This document shows, piece after piece, positions 29,816 to 32,000 of a DNA stretch of 32,000 bases. The position numbers and the translations under genes were made by a program. This DNA is from a cyanobacterium endosymbiont of Braarudosphaera bigelowii (GTDB lineage Bacteria; Cyanobacteriota; Cyanobacteriia; Cyanobacteriales; Microcystaceae): assembly GCF_020885515.1 (NCBI RefSeq), contig NZ_AP024987.1, forward strand, positions 570,001 to 602,000, in the 5' to 3' direction. How positions within the stretch are numbered: the stretch's first letter is position 1; each line of letters begins with the position of its first letter. The notes below the pieces were generated by a model. The model made no database searches, was not told the DNA's origin, and was given only the letters and a program-made list of their open reading frames with translations.

Positions 29816-29924
29816 GAAAGTTCTGAATTATTATTTAAATATTACTAAAATTATTAATTTATTAGATATTGATAAAATACTTCTACCTTTATACTCATGA
29901 TAATATTTTCTGATAGTTTATTTA

Positions 29925-30863
29925 TTACTTTTTGATAGCATAAAACATTCCAAATTTACAAAGACCTGTTCCAAAAGCTATACGCATTAAGAATAATGTT
30001 GGAATTTCTCGTAAAGACTTAATAAAACCTGTAATACCAAAATACCATAAGCCTTTAGGTCGTTTAATTCCTTGCCAAATAGAATCTAACCAAGAAGGAA
30101 GGGTCTGTTCTGTCCAATCCTCGGTAATTACTTTTCCTTGCACCGAACCTGTCATTTCTAGAAGCTCTGCAAAACCTTCAATACTTGCAAAAGCGGGATG
30201 AGACCATTGATCTAGAAGTTGTTTCATGATAGCTGATTCTAAGGAATTTAAAGGTTGCTGTCGATCATCACGCTGATTCCAGTCAGCAACAACTAAGATA
30301 CCGTTAGGCTTGAGAACACGAAGTAATTCTTGAGCAAACTTCTTTTTATTAGACATATGAGGACCTGCCTCAATGCACCATACCACATCAAAACTAGCAT
30401 CAGGAAAAGACAAATTCATGGCATCATCCACCATAAACTTAGTATTTAGAGCTAAGGGAGTAAGTTCTTGAGCACGTTTTACTTGTTTTGGACTGATAGT
30501 AATACCAGTAACATTGAAACCATAATCTTTTGACAAAATACGGCTACTCCCTCCGATACCACAACCTACATCAAGGAGGTCAGATCCAGTCGGTAATTTA
30601 TTTAGTTTTCCCCAACAGACCATCTCATGAACAAAATCAGATTTTGCTTTCAAAAAGTCTTTCCTCTCAGGTGGAGAACCATAATACCCTAAATGAATAT
30701 GTTCACCCCAATAAAATTCCAATATACCGTCTTCTGTCCATTGGTCATAAGAATAGGCTACTGATTCAGAGGACTGATAAGGACGAGCTGAGAGAAAATA
30801 AATTGTGCTAGATATACCTAAAAGTAATAATAATATTCCAATAGTCACATATAGTAAATCCAT
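29925..30863 (-). CDS. MPBQ/MSBQ-type SAM-dependent methyltransferase (plastoquinone/tocopherol pathway, sll0418-like)
   Basis: N-terminal transmembrane segment. YDQWTEDGILEFYWGEHIHLGYYG and the SAM motif LLDVGCGIGGSSR resemble the cyanobacterial 2-methyl-6-phytyl/solanesyl-benzoquinol methyltransferase. Confidence 0.75.
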   Translation of the reverse strand: MDLLYVTIGILLLLLGISSTIYFLSARPYQSSESVAYSYDQWTEDGILEFYWGEHIHLGYYGSPPERKDFLKAKSDFVHEMVCWGKLNKLPTGSDLLDVGCGIGGSSRILSKDYGFNVTGITISPKQVKRAQELTPLALNTKFMVDDAMNLSFPDASFDVVWCIEAGPHMSNKKKFAQELLRVLKPNGILVVADWNQRDDRQQPLNSLESAIMKQLLDQWSHPAFASIEGFAELLEMTGSVQGKVITEDWTEQTLPSWLDSIWQGIKRPKGLWYFGITGFIKSLREIPTLFLMRIAFGTGLCKFGMFYAIKK

Positions 30864-31382
30864 GATAATTTTAAAATAAAACTCTTAATAATATTAACTT
30901 TTTACTAAACTATTATATCGATTCTTTTAACTTTTAATTTTATTTAAAAATAAATACAAGATAGCAATAAAAGACTATTACTTTCATCCTGAAAAAATGT
31001 TTTAATGCTTATTAATCTATTACTTAGATAAGCACTAATGGCAATTATACTATTAATCTAATTAATAATAGTCAATTATTTATTTTTTAACTAGTATTTA
31101 AAAATAAATTGGTAAGTAAACATATTTACTTAAATAAATATATTCGTTTTATATAAATCTTATAATTGACTATGATAACTTGGTTTTTTATAAAAAAATG
31201 TCGTATTATTTAATCATAACATGCTTAAAATTTTTAGATTTTTAACTACTTATTGATTTGGCGAATATAGAAATCAAGTTTTTTCTCACTAAAAAAAATC
31301 AAAACTTTTAATCATTAGAACTGGTAAAAAAACTTATATTTCATGTTAAGTACTCAATTATATTCATAGCTTTTAAAATTAT

Positions 31383-32000
31383 ATGATTTCCCACAATAGT
31401 TTTGATTTTCAGGATGAATTTGATGTCATTGTAATTGGCGCAGGACATTCCGGATGTGAAGCTGCATTAGCAGCATCTCGTTTAGGCTGTAAAACTTTAA
31501 TACTAACCTTAAATCTTGATCGTATTGCTTGGCAACCATGTAATCCTGCAGTAGGAGGACCTGCAAAATCTCAATTGGCTCATGAAGTGGATGCTTTGGG
31601 TGGAGAAATTGGGAAGGTAACTGATTTAACATACTTACAAAAACGGGTTCTTAATGCCTCTAGAGGTCCCGCAGTTTGGGCATTACGCGCTCAAGTTGAC
31701 AAACGTGAATATTCTGCAGTTATGAAGGCAATTATTGAGAATCAAGAAAATCTCAACATTCGTGAAGGTATGGTCACTGATTTAGTATTAGGCCAGAATG
31801 ATGAAATCATGGGAGTTCAGACATATTTTGGTAGTTGTTTTGCTGCAAAAGCAGTTATCTTGGCAACTGGGACTTTTCTCGGAGGACAAATTTGGATTGG
31901 TGGTAAATCTATGGATGCTGGTAGAGCTGGTGAGTTTTCTTCTGTTAAATTGACTAATACTCTTAAACAGTTAGGATTTAAAACAGAAAGGTTGAAGACC
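31383..32000 (+). CDS. mnmG: tRNA uridine 5-carboxymethylaminomethyl modification enzyme MnmG (GidA), 5' partial
   Basis: My own translation from ATG 31383: [35 protein letters not shown]...[26 protein letters not shown]...[17 protein letters not shown]. The frame is open to the window end and is absent from the ORF track because it has no stop. Confidence 0.95.
   Translation, partial: MISHNSFDFQDEFDVIVIGAGHSGCEAALAASRLGCKTLILTLNLDRIAWQPCNPAVGGPAKSQLAHEVDALGGEIGKVTDLTYLQKRVLNASRGPAVWALRAQVDKREYSAVMKAIIENQENLNIREGMVTDLVLGQNDEIMGVQTYFGSCFAAKAVILATGTFLGGQIWIGGKSMDAGRAGEFSSVKLTNTLKQLGFKTERLKT

Noticed and set aside
30864-31382. Replication origin next to mnmG (gidA)
   Set aside because: I found no cluster of DnaA boxes (TTATCCACA or TTTTCCACA type) by eye and no dnaA or dnaN nearby. 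AT-richness is not informative in this genome.

Overview
AT-rich segment (about 30% GC by eye; roughly 75% coding). The gene content is clearly cyanobacterial: sqdB, ycf20, a Tic21-like DUF3611 protein, an MPBQ/MSBQ-type methyltransferase, an Aas-type acyl ligase, a long cyanobacterial-type ThiE, scpA, tal, rpe, cdsA, coaE, rbfA and mnmG. I support 30 CDS. I found no rRNA, tRNA, CRISPR array, transposase, phage gene or recognisable defence gene. Very low GC, K/N/I-enriched proteins and several featureless AT-rich spacers of 0.45-1.1 kb suggest a genome under reductive evolution. A UCYN-A or diatom spheroid-body type cyanobacterial endosymbiont would fit, but that is inference and needs a database search. 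This is mostly ordinary core-genome sequence, not an accessory island, and I do not see a convincing novel multi-gene system. The best candidate for something undescribed is the locus at 11143-13480. It holds a predicted lipoprotein whose C-terminal part is five in-frame 90-bp tandem repeats, four of them base-identical. Next comes a Sec-secreted protein of unknown function with the highest GC I sampled in the window, and then a perfect 98-bp palindrome. A second recurring signal is a set of unusually long, sequence-unrelated, near-perfect hairpins, four of which sit just after gene 3' ends (13383-13480, 21804-21859, 29758-29815, 5986-6021); the fifth (15-95) is at the window edge where no adjacent gene is visible. 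All family names come from motif recognition and memory, not from searches.
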